From Eledone cirrhosa (taxonomy: Eukaryota), in the NCBI GenBank assembly GCA_964016885.1, contig OZ024744.1, positions 18,662,001 through 18,726,000 on the forward strand: a stretch of 64,000 nucleotides of DNA, given 5' to 3'. Below, one piece after another: positions 1 to 13,030 of the stretch. The notes below the pieces were generated by a model. That model was not told where the DNA came from, did not search any database, and saw only the letters and a program-made list of their open reading frames with translations. Numbering within the stretch: position 1 is the first letter of the stretch; each line of letters opens with the position of its first letter. Position numbers and translations under genes: made by a program.

Positions 1-599
1 TCACGGTGTATGTCACTGTATCTTAGGGTATGCCTGTGTCACTGTGTATGTCACTGTGAGTTTCTGTATGTCTGTGTCTCTGTGTATGTCACTGTATCTT
101 TGTGCATGTATGTGTCACTGTGTATGTCACTGCATGTTTGTGTATGTCTGTGTGACTGTGTATGTCACTGTGTGTTTCTGTATGGCTATGTCACTGTGTA
201 TGTCACTGTATCTTTGTGTATGTCTGTGTCACTGTGTATGTCACAGTGTGTTTCTGTATGTCTGTGTCACTGTATATGTCACTGTATGTTTCTGAATGTC
301 TGTGTCACTGTGTATGTCACTGTGTGTTTCTGTATGTCTGTGTCACGGTGTATGTCACTGTATGTTTGTGTGTGACTGTGTCACTGTGTATGTCACTGTG
401 TGTTTGTGTATGTCTGTGTCACTGTAAGTTTCTGTATGTCTGTGTCACTGTATATGTCACTGTGTGTTTCTGGATGTCTGTGTCACTGTGTATGTCACTG
501 TATCTTTGTGTATGTCTGTGTCCCTGTGTATGTCACTGTATGTTTCTGTATGTTTGTGTCACTGTGTATGTCACTGTGTGTTTCTGTATGTCTGTGTCA

Positions 600-881
600 C
601 TGTGTATGTCACTGTGTGTTTCTGTATGTTTGTGTCACTGTGTATGTCACTAAATGTTTGTGTGTGTCTGTGTCTCTGTGTATGTCACTGTTTGTTTGCG
701 TGCGTCTGTGTCACTGTGTATGTCACTGTGTGTTTCTGTATGTCTGTGTGACTGTCTATGTCACTGTGTGTTTCTGTATGTTTGTGTCACTGTGTATGTC
801 ACTAAATGTTTGTGTGTGTCTGTGTCTCTGTGTATGTCACTGTTTGTTTGCGTGTGTCTGTGTCACTGTGTATGTCACTGT
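600..881. repeat. 152-bp (4-monomer) local tandem duplication carrying the CACTAAATG and TTTGTTTGCGTG variants; recurs in later higher-order copies
   Basis: ORF starts after the TAA variant are 152 bp apart: 654/806, 16993/17145, 25025/25177, 30307/30459, 35676/35828, 37912/38064, 43205/43357, 48574/48726, 55273/55425, 63029/63181. 152 = 4 x 38. Confidence 0.85.
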
Positions 882-2949
882 ATGTTTCTGTATGTCTGTG
901 TCACTTTGTATGTCACTGTGTGTTTCTGTATGTATGTGTCACCGTGTATGTCACTGTATCTTTGTGTATGCCTGTGTCACTGTGTATGTCACTGTGTGTT
1001 TCTGTATGTTTGTGTCACTGTGTATGTCACTAAATGTTTGTGTGTGTCTGTGTCACTGTGTATGTCACAGTGTGTTTCTGTATGTCTGGGTGACTGTGTA
1101 TGTCACTGTTTGTTTGTGTATGTCTGTGTCACTGTGTGTGTTTCTGTATGTCTGTGTCACTGTGTATGTCATTGCATCTTTGTGTATGTCTGTCTCACTG
1201 TGTATGTCACTGTGTGTTTCTGCATGTCTGTGTCACTGTGTATGTCACTGTGTGTTTCTGTATGTCTGTGTCACTGTGTATGTCACTGTATGTTTCTGTA
1301 TGTCTCTTTCACTGTGTATATCACTGTGTGTTTCTGTATGTCTGTGTCACTGTATATGTCACTGTATCTTTGTGTATGCCTGTGTCACTGTCTATGTCAC
1401 TGTATGTTTCTGTATGTCTGTTTCACTGTGTATGTCACTGTATATTTGTGTATGTCTGTGTCACTCTGTATGTCACTGTGTGTTTCTGTATGTCTGTGTC
1501 ACTATGTATGCCACTGTATATTTGTGTTGTCTGTGTCATTGTGTATGTCACTGGGTGTTTCTGTATGTCTGTGTCACTGTGTATGACACTGTGTCTTTCT
1601 GTATGTATGTATCACTGTGTATGTCACTGTGTGTATCTGTATGTCGGTGTCACTGTGTAAGTCATTGTATCTTTGTGTATGTCTGTGGCACTCTGTATGT
1701 CGTTGTGTGTTTCTGTATGTATGTGTCTCTGTGTATGTCACTGTATATTTGTGTATGTATGTGTCACTGTGTATGTCACTGTGAGTTTCTCTATGTCTGT
1801 GTCACTGTGTATGTCACTGTATGTCTCTGTATGTCTGTGTCACTGTCTATGTCACTGTATCTTTGTGTATGTCTGTGTCACTGTGTATGTCACTGTGTGT
1901 TTCTGTATGTCTGTGTCACTGTGTATGTCACAGTTTGTTTCTGTATATATGTGTCTCTGTGTATGTCACTGTAGTTTTGTGTATGTCTGTGTCACTGTGT
2001 GTTTCTGTATGTCTGTGTCACTGTGTATGTCACTGTATGTTTCTGTATGTCTGTGTCACTGTGTATGTCACTGTTTGTTTCTGTATGTATGTGTCACTGT
2101 GTATGTCACCGTATGTGTGTGTATGTCTGTGTCACGGTGTATGTCACTGTATCTTAGTGTATGCCTGTGTCACTGTGTATGTCACTGTGAGTTTCTGTAT
2201 GTCTGTGTCTCTGTGTATGTCACTGTATCTTTGTGCATGTATGTGTCACTGTGTATGTCACTGTATGTTTCTGTATGTCTGTGTCACTGTATATCACTGT
2301 GTGTTTCTGTATATCTGTGTCTCTGTGTATGTCACTGTATCTTTGTGTATGTCTGGGTCACTGTGTATGTCACTGTATATTTGTGTATGTCTGTGTCACG
2401 GTGTATATCACTGTATGTTTGTGTATGTCTGTGTCACTGTGTATGTCACTGTGTGTTTCTGTATGTCTGTGTCACTGTGTATATCAATGTGTGTTTCTGT
2501 ATCTCTGTGTCACGGTGTATGTCACTGCATGTTTGTGTATGTCTGTGTGACTGTGTATGTCACTGTGTGTTTCTGTATGGCTGTGTCACTGTGTATGTCA
2601 CTGTATCTTTGTGTATGTCTGTGTCACTGTGTATGTCACAGTGTGTTTCTGTATGTCTGTGTCACTGTATATGTCACTGTATCTTTCTGAATGTCTGTGT
2701 CACTGTGTATGTCACTGTGTGTTTCTGTATGTCTGTGTCACGGTGTATCTCACTGTATGTTTGTGTGTGACTGTGTCACTGTGTATGTCACTGTGTGTTT
2801 GTGTATGTCTGTGTCACTGTAAGTTTCTGTATGTCTGTGTCACTGTGTATGTCACTGTGTGTTTCTGGATGTCTGTGTCACTGTGTATGTCATTGTATCT
2901 TTGTGTATGTCTGTGTCACTGTGTATGTCACTGTATGTTTCTGTAAGTT

Positions 2950-5900
2950 TGTGTCACTGTGTATGTCACTGTGTGTTTCTGTATGTCTGTGTCTCTGTGT
3001 ATGTCACTGTATGTTTCTGTATGTCTGTTTCACTGTGTATGTCACTTTGTCTTTATATATGTCTGTGTCACTCTGTATGTCACTGTATATTTCTGTATGT
3101 CTGTGTCACTGTGTATATCACTGTATGTTTCTGTATGTATGTGTCACTGTGTATGTCACTGTGTGTTTCTGTATGGCTGTGTCACTGTGTATGTCACTGT
3201 ATCTTTGTGTATGTCTGTGTCACTGTGTATGTCACAGTGTGTTTCTGTATGTCTGTGTCACTGTCTATGTCACTGTATGTTTCTGAATGTCTGTGTCACT
3301 GTGTATGTCACTGTGTGTTTGTGTATGTCTGTGTCACTGTATGTTTCTGTATGTCTGTGTCACTGTGTATGTCACTGTGTGTTTCTGTATGTCTGTGTCA
3401 CTGTGTATGACATTGTATCTTTGTGTATGTCTGTGTCACTGTGTATGTCACTGTATGTTTCTGTATGTTTGTGTCACTGTGTATGTCACTGTGTGTTTCT
3501 GTATGTCTGTTTCACTGTGTATGTCACTGTGTCTTTATGTATGTCTGTGTCACTGTGTATGTCACTGTATGTTTCTGTATGTCTGTGTCACTGTGTATGT
3601 CACTGTATGCTTCTGTATGTCTGTGTCACTGTGTATGTCACTGTATCTTTGTGTATGTCTGTGTCCCTGTGTATGTCACTGTATGTTTCTGTATGTTTGT
3701 GTCACTGTGTATGTCACTGTGTGTTTCTGTATGTCTGTGTCACTGTGTATGTCACTGTGTGTTTCTGTATGTTTGTGTTACTGTGTATGTCACTAAATGT
3801 TTGTGTGTGTCTGTGTTTCTGTGTATGTCACTGTTTGTTTGCGTGTGTCTGTGTCACTGTGTATGTCACTGTGTGTTTCTGGATGTCACTGTGTGTTTGT
3901 GCATGTCTGTGTCACTGTATGTTTCTGTATGTCTGTGTCACTGTGTATGTCACTGTGTGTTTCTGTATGTATGTGTCAACGTGTATGTCACTGTATCTTT
4001 GTGTATGCCTGTGTCACTGTGTATGTCACTGTGTGTTTCTGTATGTTTGTGTCACTGTGTATGTCACTCAATGTTTGTGTGTGTCTGTGTCACTGTGTAT
4101 GTCACTGTGTGTTTCTGTATGTCTGTGTGACTGTGTATGTGACTGTTTGTTTCTGCATGTCTGTGTCACTGTGTATGTCACTGTGTGTTTCTGTATGTCT
4201 GTGTCACTGTGTATGTCACTGTATGTTTCTGTATGTCTGTTTCACTGTGTATATCACTGTGTGTTTCTGTATGTCTGTGTCACTGTATATGTCACTGTAT
4301 CTTTGTGTATGCCTGTGTCACTGTCTATGTCTCTGTATGTTTCTGTATGTCTGTGTCACTATGTATGCCACTGTATATTTGTGTTGTCTGTGTCATTGTA
4401 TATGTAACTGGGTGTTTCTGTATGTCTGTGTCACTGTGTATGACACTGTGTCTTTCTGTATGTATGTATCACTGTGTATGTCACTGTGTGTATCTGTATG
4501 TCTGTGTCACTGTGTAAGTCATTGTATCTTTGTGTATGTCTGTGGCACTCTGTATGTCGTTGTGTGTTTCTGTATGTATGTGTCTCTGTGTATGTCACTG
4601 TATATTTGTGTATGTATGTGTCACTGCGTATGTCACTGTGAGTTTCTCTATGTCTGTGTCACTGTGTATATCACTGTGTGTTTCTGTATGTCTGTGTCAC
4701 TGTATATGTCACTGTATCTTTGTGTATGCCTGTGTCACTGTCTATGTCTCTGTATGTTTCTGTATGTCTGTGTCACTATGTATGCCACTGTATATTTGTG
4801 TTGTCTGTGTCATTGTGTATGTCACTGGGTGTTTCTGTATGTCTGTGTCACTGTGTATGACACTGTGTCTTTCTGTATGTATGTATCACTGTGTATGTCA
4901 CTGTGTGTATCTGTATGTCTGTGTCACTGTGTAAGTCATTGTATCTTTGTGTATGTCTGTGGCACTCTGTATGTCGTTGTGTGTTTCTGTATGTATGTGT
5001 CTCTGTGTATGTCACTGTATATTTGTGTATGTATGTGTCACTGTGTATGTCACTGTGAGTTTCTCTATGTCTGTGTCACTGTGTATGTCACTGTATGTCT
5101 CTGTATGTCTGTGTCACTGTCTATGTCACTGTATCTTTGTGTATGTCTGTGTCACTGTGTATGTCACTGTGTGTTTATGTATTTCTGTGTCTCTGTGTAT
5201 GCCACTGTATCTTTGTGTATGTCTGCGGCACTGTGTATGTCACTGTGTGTTTCTGTATGTCTGTGTCTCTGTGTATGTCACTGTATGTTTCTGTATGTCT
5301 GTTTCACTGTGTATGTCACTGTGTCTTTATGTATGTCTGTGTCACTCTGTATGTCACTGTATATTTCTGTATGTCTGTGTCACTGTGTATATCACTGTAT
5401 GTTTCTGTATGTCTGTGTCACTGTGTATGTCACTGTTTGTTTCTGTATGGCTGTGTCACTGTGTATGTCACTGTATCTTTGTGTATGTCTGTGTCACTGT
5501 GTATGTCACAGTGTGTTTCTGTATGTCTGTGTCACTGTCTATGTCACTGTATGTTTCTGAATGTCTGTGTCAGTGTGTATGTCACTGTGTGTTTGTGTAT
5601 GTCTGTGTCACTGTATGTTTCTGTATGTCTGTCACTGTGTATGTCACTGTGTGTTTCTGTATGTCTGTGTCACTGTGTATGACATTGTATCTTTGTGTAT
5701 GTCTGTGTCACTGTGTATGTCACTGTATGTTTCTGTATGTCTGTGTCACTGTGTATGTCACTGTGTGTTTCTGTATGTCTGTGTCACTGTGTATGTCACT
5801 GTGTCTTTATGTATGTCTGTGCCACTCTGTATGTCACTGTATATTTCTGTATGTCTGTGTCACTGTGTATGTCACTGTATGTTTCTGTATGTCTGTGTCA

Positions 5901-8900
5901 CTGTGTATGTCACTGTATGCTTCTGTATGTCTGTGTCACTGTGTATGTCACTGTATCTTTGTGTATGTCTGTGTCCCTGTGTATGTCACTGTATGTTTCT
6001 GTATGTTTGTGTCACTGTGTATGTCACTGTGTGTTTCTGTATGTCTGTGTCACTGTGTATGTCACTGTGTGTTTCTGTATGTTTGTGTCACTGTCTATGT
6101 CACTGTATCTTTGTGTATGTCTGTGTCACTGTGTATGTCACTGTGTGTTAATGTATTTCTGTGTCTCTGTGTATGCCACTGTATCTTTGTGTATGTCTGC
6201 CTCACTGTGTATGTCACTGTGTGCTTCTGTATGTCTATGTCACTGTGTATGTCACAGTGTGTTTCTGTATATATGTGTCTCTGTGTATGTCACTGTATCT
6301 TTGTGTATGTCTGTGTCACTGTGTGTTTCTGTATGTCTGTGTCACTGTGTATGTCACTGTATGTTTGTGTGTGTCTGTGTCACTGTGTATGTCACTGTGT
6401 GTTTGTGTATGTCTGTGTCACTGTATGTTTCTGTATGTCTGTGTCACTGTGTATGTCACTGTTTGTTTCTGTATGTATGTGTCACTGTGTATGTCACCGT
6501 ATGTGTGTGTATGTCTGTGTCACGGTGTATGTCACTGTATCTTTGTGTATGCCTGTGTCACTGTGTATGTCACTGTGTGTTTCTGTATGTCTGTGTCACT
6601 GTGTATGTCACTGTATGTTTGTGTGTGTCTGTGTCACTGTGTATGTCAATGTCTCTGTGTGTTTCTGTATGTCTGTGTCTCTGTGTATGTCACTGTATCT
6701 TTGTGTATGTATGTGTCACTGTGTATGTCACTGTGTGTTTCTGTATGTCGGTGTCACTGTGTATATCACTGTGTGTTTCTGTATATCTGTGTCTCTGTGT
6801 ATGTCACTGTTTGTTTGCGTGTGTCTGTGTCACTGTGTATGTCACTGTGTGTTTCTGTATGTCTGTGTGACTGTGTATGTCACTGTGTGTTTGTGTATGT
6901 CTGTGTCACTGTATGTTTCTGTATGTCTGTGTCACTGTGTGTTTCTGTATGTATGTGTCACCGTGTATGTCACTGTATCTTTGTGTATGCCTGTGTCACT
7001 GTGTATGTCACTGTCACTGTATGTTTGTGTCACTGAGTATGTCACTAAATGTTTGTGTGTGTCTGTGTCTCTGTGTATGTCACTGTGTGTTTGCGTGTGT
7101 CTGTGTCACTGTGTATGTCACTGTGTGTTTCTCTATGTCTGTGTGACTGTGTATGTCACTGTTTGTTTGTGTATGTCTGTGTCACTGTGTGTGTTTCTGT
7201 ATGTCTGTGTCACTGTGTATGTCATTGCATGTTTGTGTATGTCTGTCTCACTCTGTATGTCACTGTGTGTTTCTGCATGTCTGTTTCACTGTGTATGTCA
7301 CTGTGTGTTTCTGTATGTCTGTGTCACGGTGTATGTCACTGTACGTTTGTGTGTGACTGTGTCACTGTGTATGTCACTGTGTGTTTGTGTATGTCTGTGT
7401 CACTGTATGTTTCTGTATGTCTGTGTGACTGTCTATGTCACTGTGTGTTTCTGTATGTTTGTGTCACTGTGTATGTCACTAAATGTTTGTGTGTGTCTGT
7501 GTCTCTGTGTATGTCACTGTTTGTTTGCGTGTGTCTGTGTCACTGTGTATGTCACTGTATGTTTCTGTATGTCTGTGTCACTTTGTATGTCACTGTGTGT
7601 TTCTGTATGTATGTGTCACCGTGTATGTCACTGTATCTTTGTGTATGCCTGTGTCACTGTGTATGTCACTGTGTGTTTCTGTATGTTTGTGTCACTGTGT
7701 ATGTCACTAAATGTTTGTGTGTGTCTGTGTCACTGTGTATGTCACTGTGTGTTTCTGTATGTCTGTGTGACTGTGTATGTCACTGTTTGTTTGTGTATGT
7801 CTGTGTCACTGTGTGTGTTTCTGTATGTCTGTGTCACTGTGTATGTCATTGCATCTTTGTGTATGTCTGTCTCACTGTGTATGTCACTGTGTGTTTCTGC
7901 ATGTCTGTGTCACTGTGTATGTCACTGTGTGTTTCTGTATGTCTGTGTCTCTGTGTATGTCACTGTATGTTTCTGTATGTCTGTTTCACTGTGTATGTCA
8001 CTGTGTCTTTATGTATGTCTGTGTCACTCTGTATGTCACTGTATATTTCTGTATGTCTGTGTCACTGTGTATATCACTGTATGTTTCTGTATGTCTGTGT
8101 CACTGTGTATGTCACTGTGTGTTTCTGTATGGCTGTGTCACTGTGTATGTCACTGTATCTTTGTGTATGTCTGTGTCACTGTGTATGTCACAGTGTGTTT
8201 CTGTATGTCTGTGTCACTGTCTATGTCACTGTATGTTTCTGAATGTCTGTGTCACTGTGTATGTCACTGTGTGTTTGTGTATGTCTGTGTCACTGTATGT
8301 TTCTGTATGTCTGTGTCACTGTGTATGTCACTGTGTGTTTCTGTATGTCTGTGTCACTGTGTATGACATTGTATCTTTGTGTATGTCTGTGTCACTGTGT
8401 ATGTCACTGTATGTTTCTGTATGTTTGTGTCACTGTGTATGTCACTGTGTGTTTCTGTATGTTTGTGTCTCTGTGTATGTCACTGTATGTTTCTGTATGT
8501 CTGTTTCACTGTGTATGTCACTGTGTCTTTATGTATGTCTGTGTCACTCTGTATGTCACTGTATATTTCTGTATGTCTGTGTCACTGTGTATGTCACTGT
8601 ATGTTTCTGTATGTCTGTGTCACTGTGTATGTCACTGTATGCTTCTGTATGTCTGTGTCACTGTGTATGTCACTGTATCTTTGTGTATGTCTGTGTCCCT
8701 GTGTATGTCACTGTATGTTTCTGTATGTTTGTGTCACTGTGTATGTCACTGTGTGTTTCTGTATGTCTGTGTCACTGTGTATGTCACTGTGTGTTTCTGT
8801 ATGTTTGTGTTACTGTGTATGTCACTAAATGTTTGTGTGTGTCTGTGTTTCTGTGTATGTCACTGTTTGTTTGCGTGTGTCTGTGTCACTGTGTATGTCA

Positions 8901-11900
8901 CTGTGTGTTTCTGGATGTCACTGTGTGTTTGTGCATGTCTGTGTCACTGTATGTTTCTGTATGTCTGTGTCACTGTGTATGTCACTGTGTGTTTCTGTAT
9001 GTATGTGTCAACGTGTATGTCACTGTATCTTTGTGTATGCCTGTGTCACTGTGTATGTCACTGTGTGTTTCTGTATGTTTGTGTCACTGTGTATGTCACT
9101 CAATGTTTGTGTGTGTCTGTGTCACTGTGTATGTCACTGTGTGTTTCTGTATGTCTGTGTGACTGTGTATGTGACTGTTTGTTTCTGCATGTCTGTGTCA
9201 CTGTGTATGTCACTGTGTGTTTCTGTATGTCTGTGTCACTGTGTATGTCACTGTATGTTTCTGTATGTCTGTTTCACTGTGTATATCACTGTGCGTTTCT
9301 GTATGTCTGTGTCACTGTATATGTCACTGTATCTTTGTGTATGCCTGTGTCACTGTCTATGTCTCTGTATGTTTCTGTATGTCTGTGTCACTATGTATGC
9401 CACTGTATATTTGTGTTGTCTGTGTCATTGTATATGTAACTGGGTGTTTCTGTATGTCTGTGTCACTGTGTATGACACTGTGTCTTTCTGTATGTATGTA
9501 TCACTGTGTATGTCACTGTGTGTATCTGTATGTCTGTGTCACTGTGTAAGTCATTGTATCTTTGTGTATGTCTGTGGCACTCTGTATGTCGTTGTGTGTT
9601 TCTGTATGTATGTGTCTCTGTGTATGTCACTGTATATTTGTGTATGTATGTGTCACTGCGTATGTCACTGTGAGTTTCTCTATGTCTGTGTCACTGTGTA
9701 TATCACTGTGTGTTTCTGTATGTCTGTGTCACTGTATATGTCACTGTATCTTTGTGTATGCCTGTGTCACTGTCTATGTCTCTGTATGTTTCTGTATGTC
9801 TGTGTCACTATGTATGCCACTGTATATTTGTGTTGTCTGTGTCATTGTGTATGTCACTGGGTGTTTCTGTATGTCTGTGTCACTGTGTATGACACTGTGT
9901 CTTTCTGTATGTATGTATCACTGTGTATGTCACTGTGTGTATCTGTATGTCTGTGTCACTGTGTAAGTCATTGTATCTTTGTGTATGTCTGTGGCACTCT
10001 GTATGTCGTTGTGTGTTTCTGTATGTATGTGTCTCTGTGTATGTCACTGTATATTTGTGTATGTATGTGTCACTGTGTATGTCACTGTGAGTTTCTCTAT
10101 GTCTGTGTCACTGTGTATGTCACTGTATGTCTCTGTATGTCTGTGTCACTGTCTATGTCACTGTATCTTTGTGTATGTCTGTGTCACTGTGTATGTCACT
10201 GTGTGTTTATGTATTTCTGTGTCTCTGTGTATGCCACTGTATCTTTGTGTATGTCTGCGGCACTGTGTATGTCACTGTGTGTTTCTGTATGTCTGTGTCT
10301 CTGTGTATGTCACTGTATGTTTCTGTATGTCTGTTTCACTGTGTATGTCACTGTGTCTTTATGTATGTCTGTGTCACTCTGTATGTCACTGTATATTTCT
10401 GTATGTCTGTGTCACTGTGTATATCACTGTATGTTTCTGTATGTCTGTGTCACTGTGTATGTCACTGTTTGTTCCTGTATGGCTGTGTCACTGTGTATGT
10501 CACTGTATCTTTGTGTATGTCTGTGTCACTGTGTATGTCACAGTGTGTTTCTGTATGTCTGTGTCACTGTCTATGTCACTGTATGTTTCTGAATGTCTGT
10601 GTCAGTGTGTATGTCACTGTGTGTTTGTGTATGTCTGTGTCACTGTATGTTTCTGTATGTCTGTGTCACTGTGTATGTCACTGTGTGTTTCTGTATGTCT
10701 GTGTCACTGTGTATGACATTGTATCTTTGTGTATGTCTGTGTCACTGTGTATGTCACTGTATGTTTCTGTATGTTTGTGTCACTGTGTATGTCACTGTGT
10801 GTTTCTGTATGTTTGTGTCTCTGTGTATGTCACTGTATGTTTCTGTATGTCTGTTTCACTGTGTATGTCACTGTGTCTTTATGTATGTCTGTGCCACTCT
10901 GTATGTCATTGTATATTTCTGTATGTCTGTGTCACTGTGTATGTCACTGTATGTTTCTGTATGTCTGTGTCACTGTGTATGTCACTGTATGCTTCTGTAT
11001 GTCTGTGTCACTGTGTATGTCACTGTATCTTTGTGTATGTCTGTGTCCCTGTGTATGTCACTGTATGTTTCTGTATGTTTGTGTCACTGTGTATGTCACT
11101 GTGTGTTTCTGTATGTCTGTGTCACTGTGTATGTCACTGTGTGTTTCTGTATGTTTGTGTCACTGTCTATGTCACTGTATCTTTGTGTATGTCTGTGTCA
11201 CTGTGTATGTCACTGTGTGTTTATGTATTTCTGTGTCTCTGTGTATGCCACTGTATCTTTGTGTATGTCTGCGTCACTGTGTATGTCACTGTGTGCTTCT
11301 GTATGTCTATGTCACTGTGTATGTCACAGTGTGTTTCTGTATATATGTGTCTCTGTGTATGTCACTGTATCTTTGTGTATGTCTGTGTCACTGTGTGTTT
11401 CTGTATGTCTGTGTCACTGTGTATGTCACTGTATGTTTGTGTGTGTCTGTGTCACTGTGTATGTCACTGTGTGTTTGTGTATGTCTGTGTCACTGTATGT
11501 TTCTGTATGTCTGTGTCACTGTGTATGTCACTGTTTGTTTCTGTATGTATGTGTCACTGTGTATGTCACCGTATGTGTGTGTATGTCTGTGTCACGGTGT
11601 ATGTCACTGTATCTTTGTGTATGCCTGTGTCACTGTGTATGTCACTGTGTGTTTCTGTATGTCTGTGTCACTGTGTATGTCACTGTATGTTTGTGTGTGT
11701 CTGTGTCACTGTGTATGTCAATGTCTCTGTGTGTTTCTGTATGTCTGTGTCTCTGTGTATGTCACTGTATCTTTGTGTATGTATGTGTCACTGTGTATGT
11801 CACTGTGTGTTTCTGTATGTCGGTGTCACTGTGTATATCACTGTGTGTTTCTGTATATCTGTGTCTCTGTGTATGTCACTGTTTGTTTGCGTGTGTCTGT

Positions 11901-13030
11901 GTCACTGTGTATGTCACTGTGTGTTTCTGTATGTCTGTGTGACTGTGTATGTCACTGTGTGTTTGTGTATGTCTGTGTCACTGTATGTTTCTGTATGTCT
12001 GTGTCACTGTGTATGTCACTGTGTGTTTCTGTATGTATGTGTCACCGTGTATGTCACTGTATCTTTGTGTATGCCTGTGTCACTGTGTATGTCACTGTCA
12101 CTGTATGTTTGTGTCACTGTGTATGTCACTAAATGTTTGTGTGTGTCTGTGTCTCTGTGTATGTCACTGTGTGTTTGCGTGTGTCTGTGTCACTGTGTAT
12201 GTCACTGTGTGTTTATGTATGTCTGTGTGACTGTGTATGTCACTGTTTGTTTGTGTATGTCTGTGTCACTGTGTGTGTTTCTGTATGTCTGTGTCACTGT
12301 GTATGTCATTGCATGTTTGTGTATGTCTGTCTCACTCTGTATGTCACTGTGTGTTTCTGCATGTCTGTTTCACTGTGTATGTCACTGTGTGTTTCTGTAT
12401 GTCTGTGTCACGGTGTATGTCACTGTACGTTTGTGTGTGACTGTGTCACTGTGTATGTCACTGTGTGTTTGTGTATGTCTGTGTCACTGTATGTTTCTGT
12501 ATGTCTGTGTGACTGTCTATGTCACTGTGTGTTTCTGTATGTTTGTGTCACTGTGTATGTCACTAAATGTTTGTGTGTGTCTGTGTCTCTGTGTATGTCA
12601 CTGTTTGTTTGCGTGTGTCTGTGTCACTGTGTATGTCACTGTATGTTTCTGTATGTCTGTGTCACTTTGTATGTCACTGTGTGTTTCTGTATGTATGTGT
12701 CACCGTGTATGTCACTGTATCTTTGTGTATGCCTGTGTCACTGTGTATGTCACTGTGTGTTTCTGTATGTTTGTGTCACTGTGTATGTCACTAAATGTTT
12801 GTGTGTGTCTGTGTCACTGTGTATGTCACTGTGTGTTTCTGTATGTCTGTGTGACTGTGTATGTCACTGTTTGTTTGTGTATGTCTGTGTCACTGTGTGT
12901 GTTTCTGTATGTCTGTGTCACTGTGTATGTCATTGCATCTTTGTGTATGTCTGTCTCACTGTGTATGTCACTGTGTGTTTCTGCATGTCTGTGTCACTGT
13001 GTATGTCACTGTGTGTTTCTGTATGTCTGT
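2950..13030. repeat. ~5.0-kb higher-order tandem duplication (copy 1 ~2950-7940, copy 2 ~7910-13030)
   Basis: Matching landmarks at offsets 4956 (3287/8243), 5032 (3797/8829, 4530/9562, 5561/10593), 5072 (6877/11949) and 5084 (7049/12133, 7777/12861). Private variants TGTAACTGGG (~4403/~9435) and GTCAACGTG (~3975/~9007) are shared by both copies. Confidence 0.85.
4243..5085. repeat. 417-bp (11-monomer, one of them 37 bp) tandem duplication
   Basis: Landmarks 417 apart: 4530/4947, 9562/9979, 34059/34476, 46957/47374. 417 = 10 x 38 + 37. A derivative lacking two monomers gives 341-bp spacing (20745/21086, 28767/29108, 41664/42005). Confidence 0.85.

Noticed and set aside
242-248. Plus-strand CACAGTG as evidence of an inverted repeat block
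   Set aside because: It is a single T>A substitution in the near-palindromic CACTGTG. The flanks keep the same orientation and there is no downstream A-rich nonamer.
2110-2126. Z-DNA-forming alternating purine-pyrimidine tract
   Set aside because: Alternation is broken about every 9-10 bp by TC/CT/TTT. The longest variant runs (~17 bp, CGTATGTGTGTGTATGT) are short and contain AT steps.
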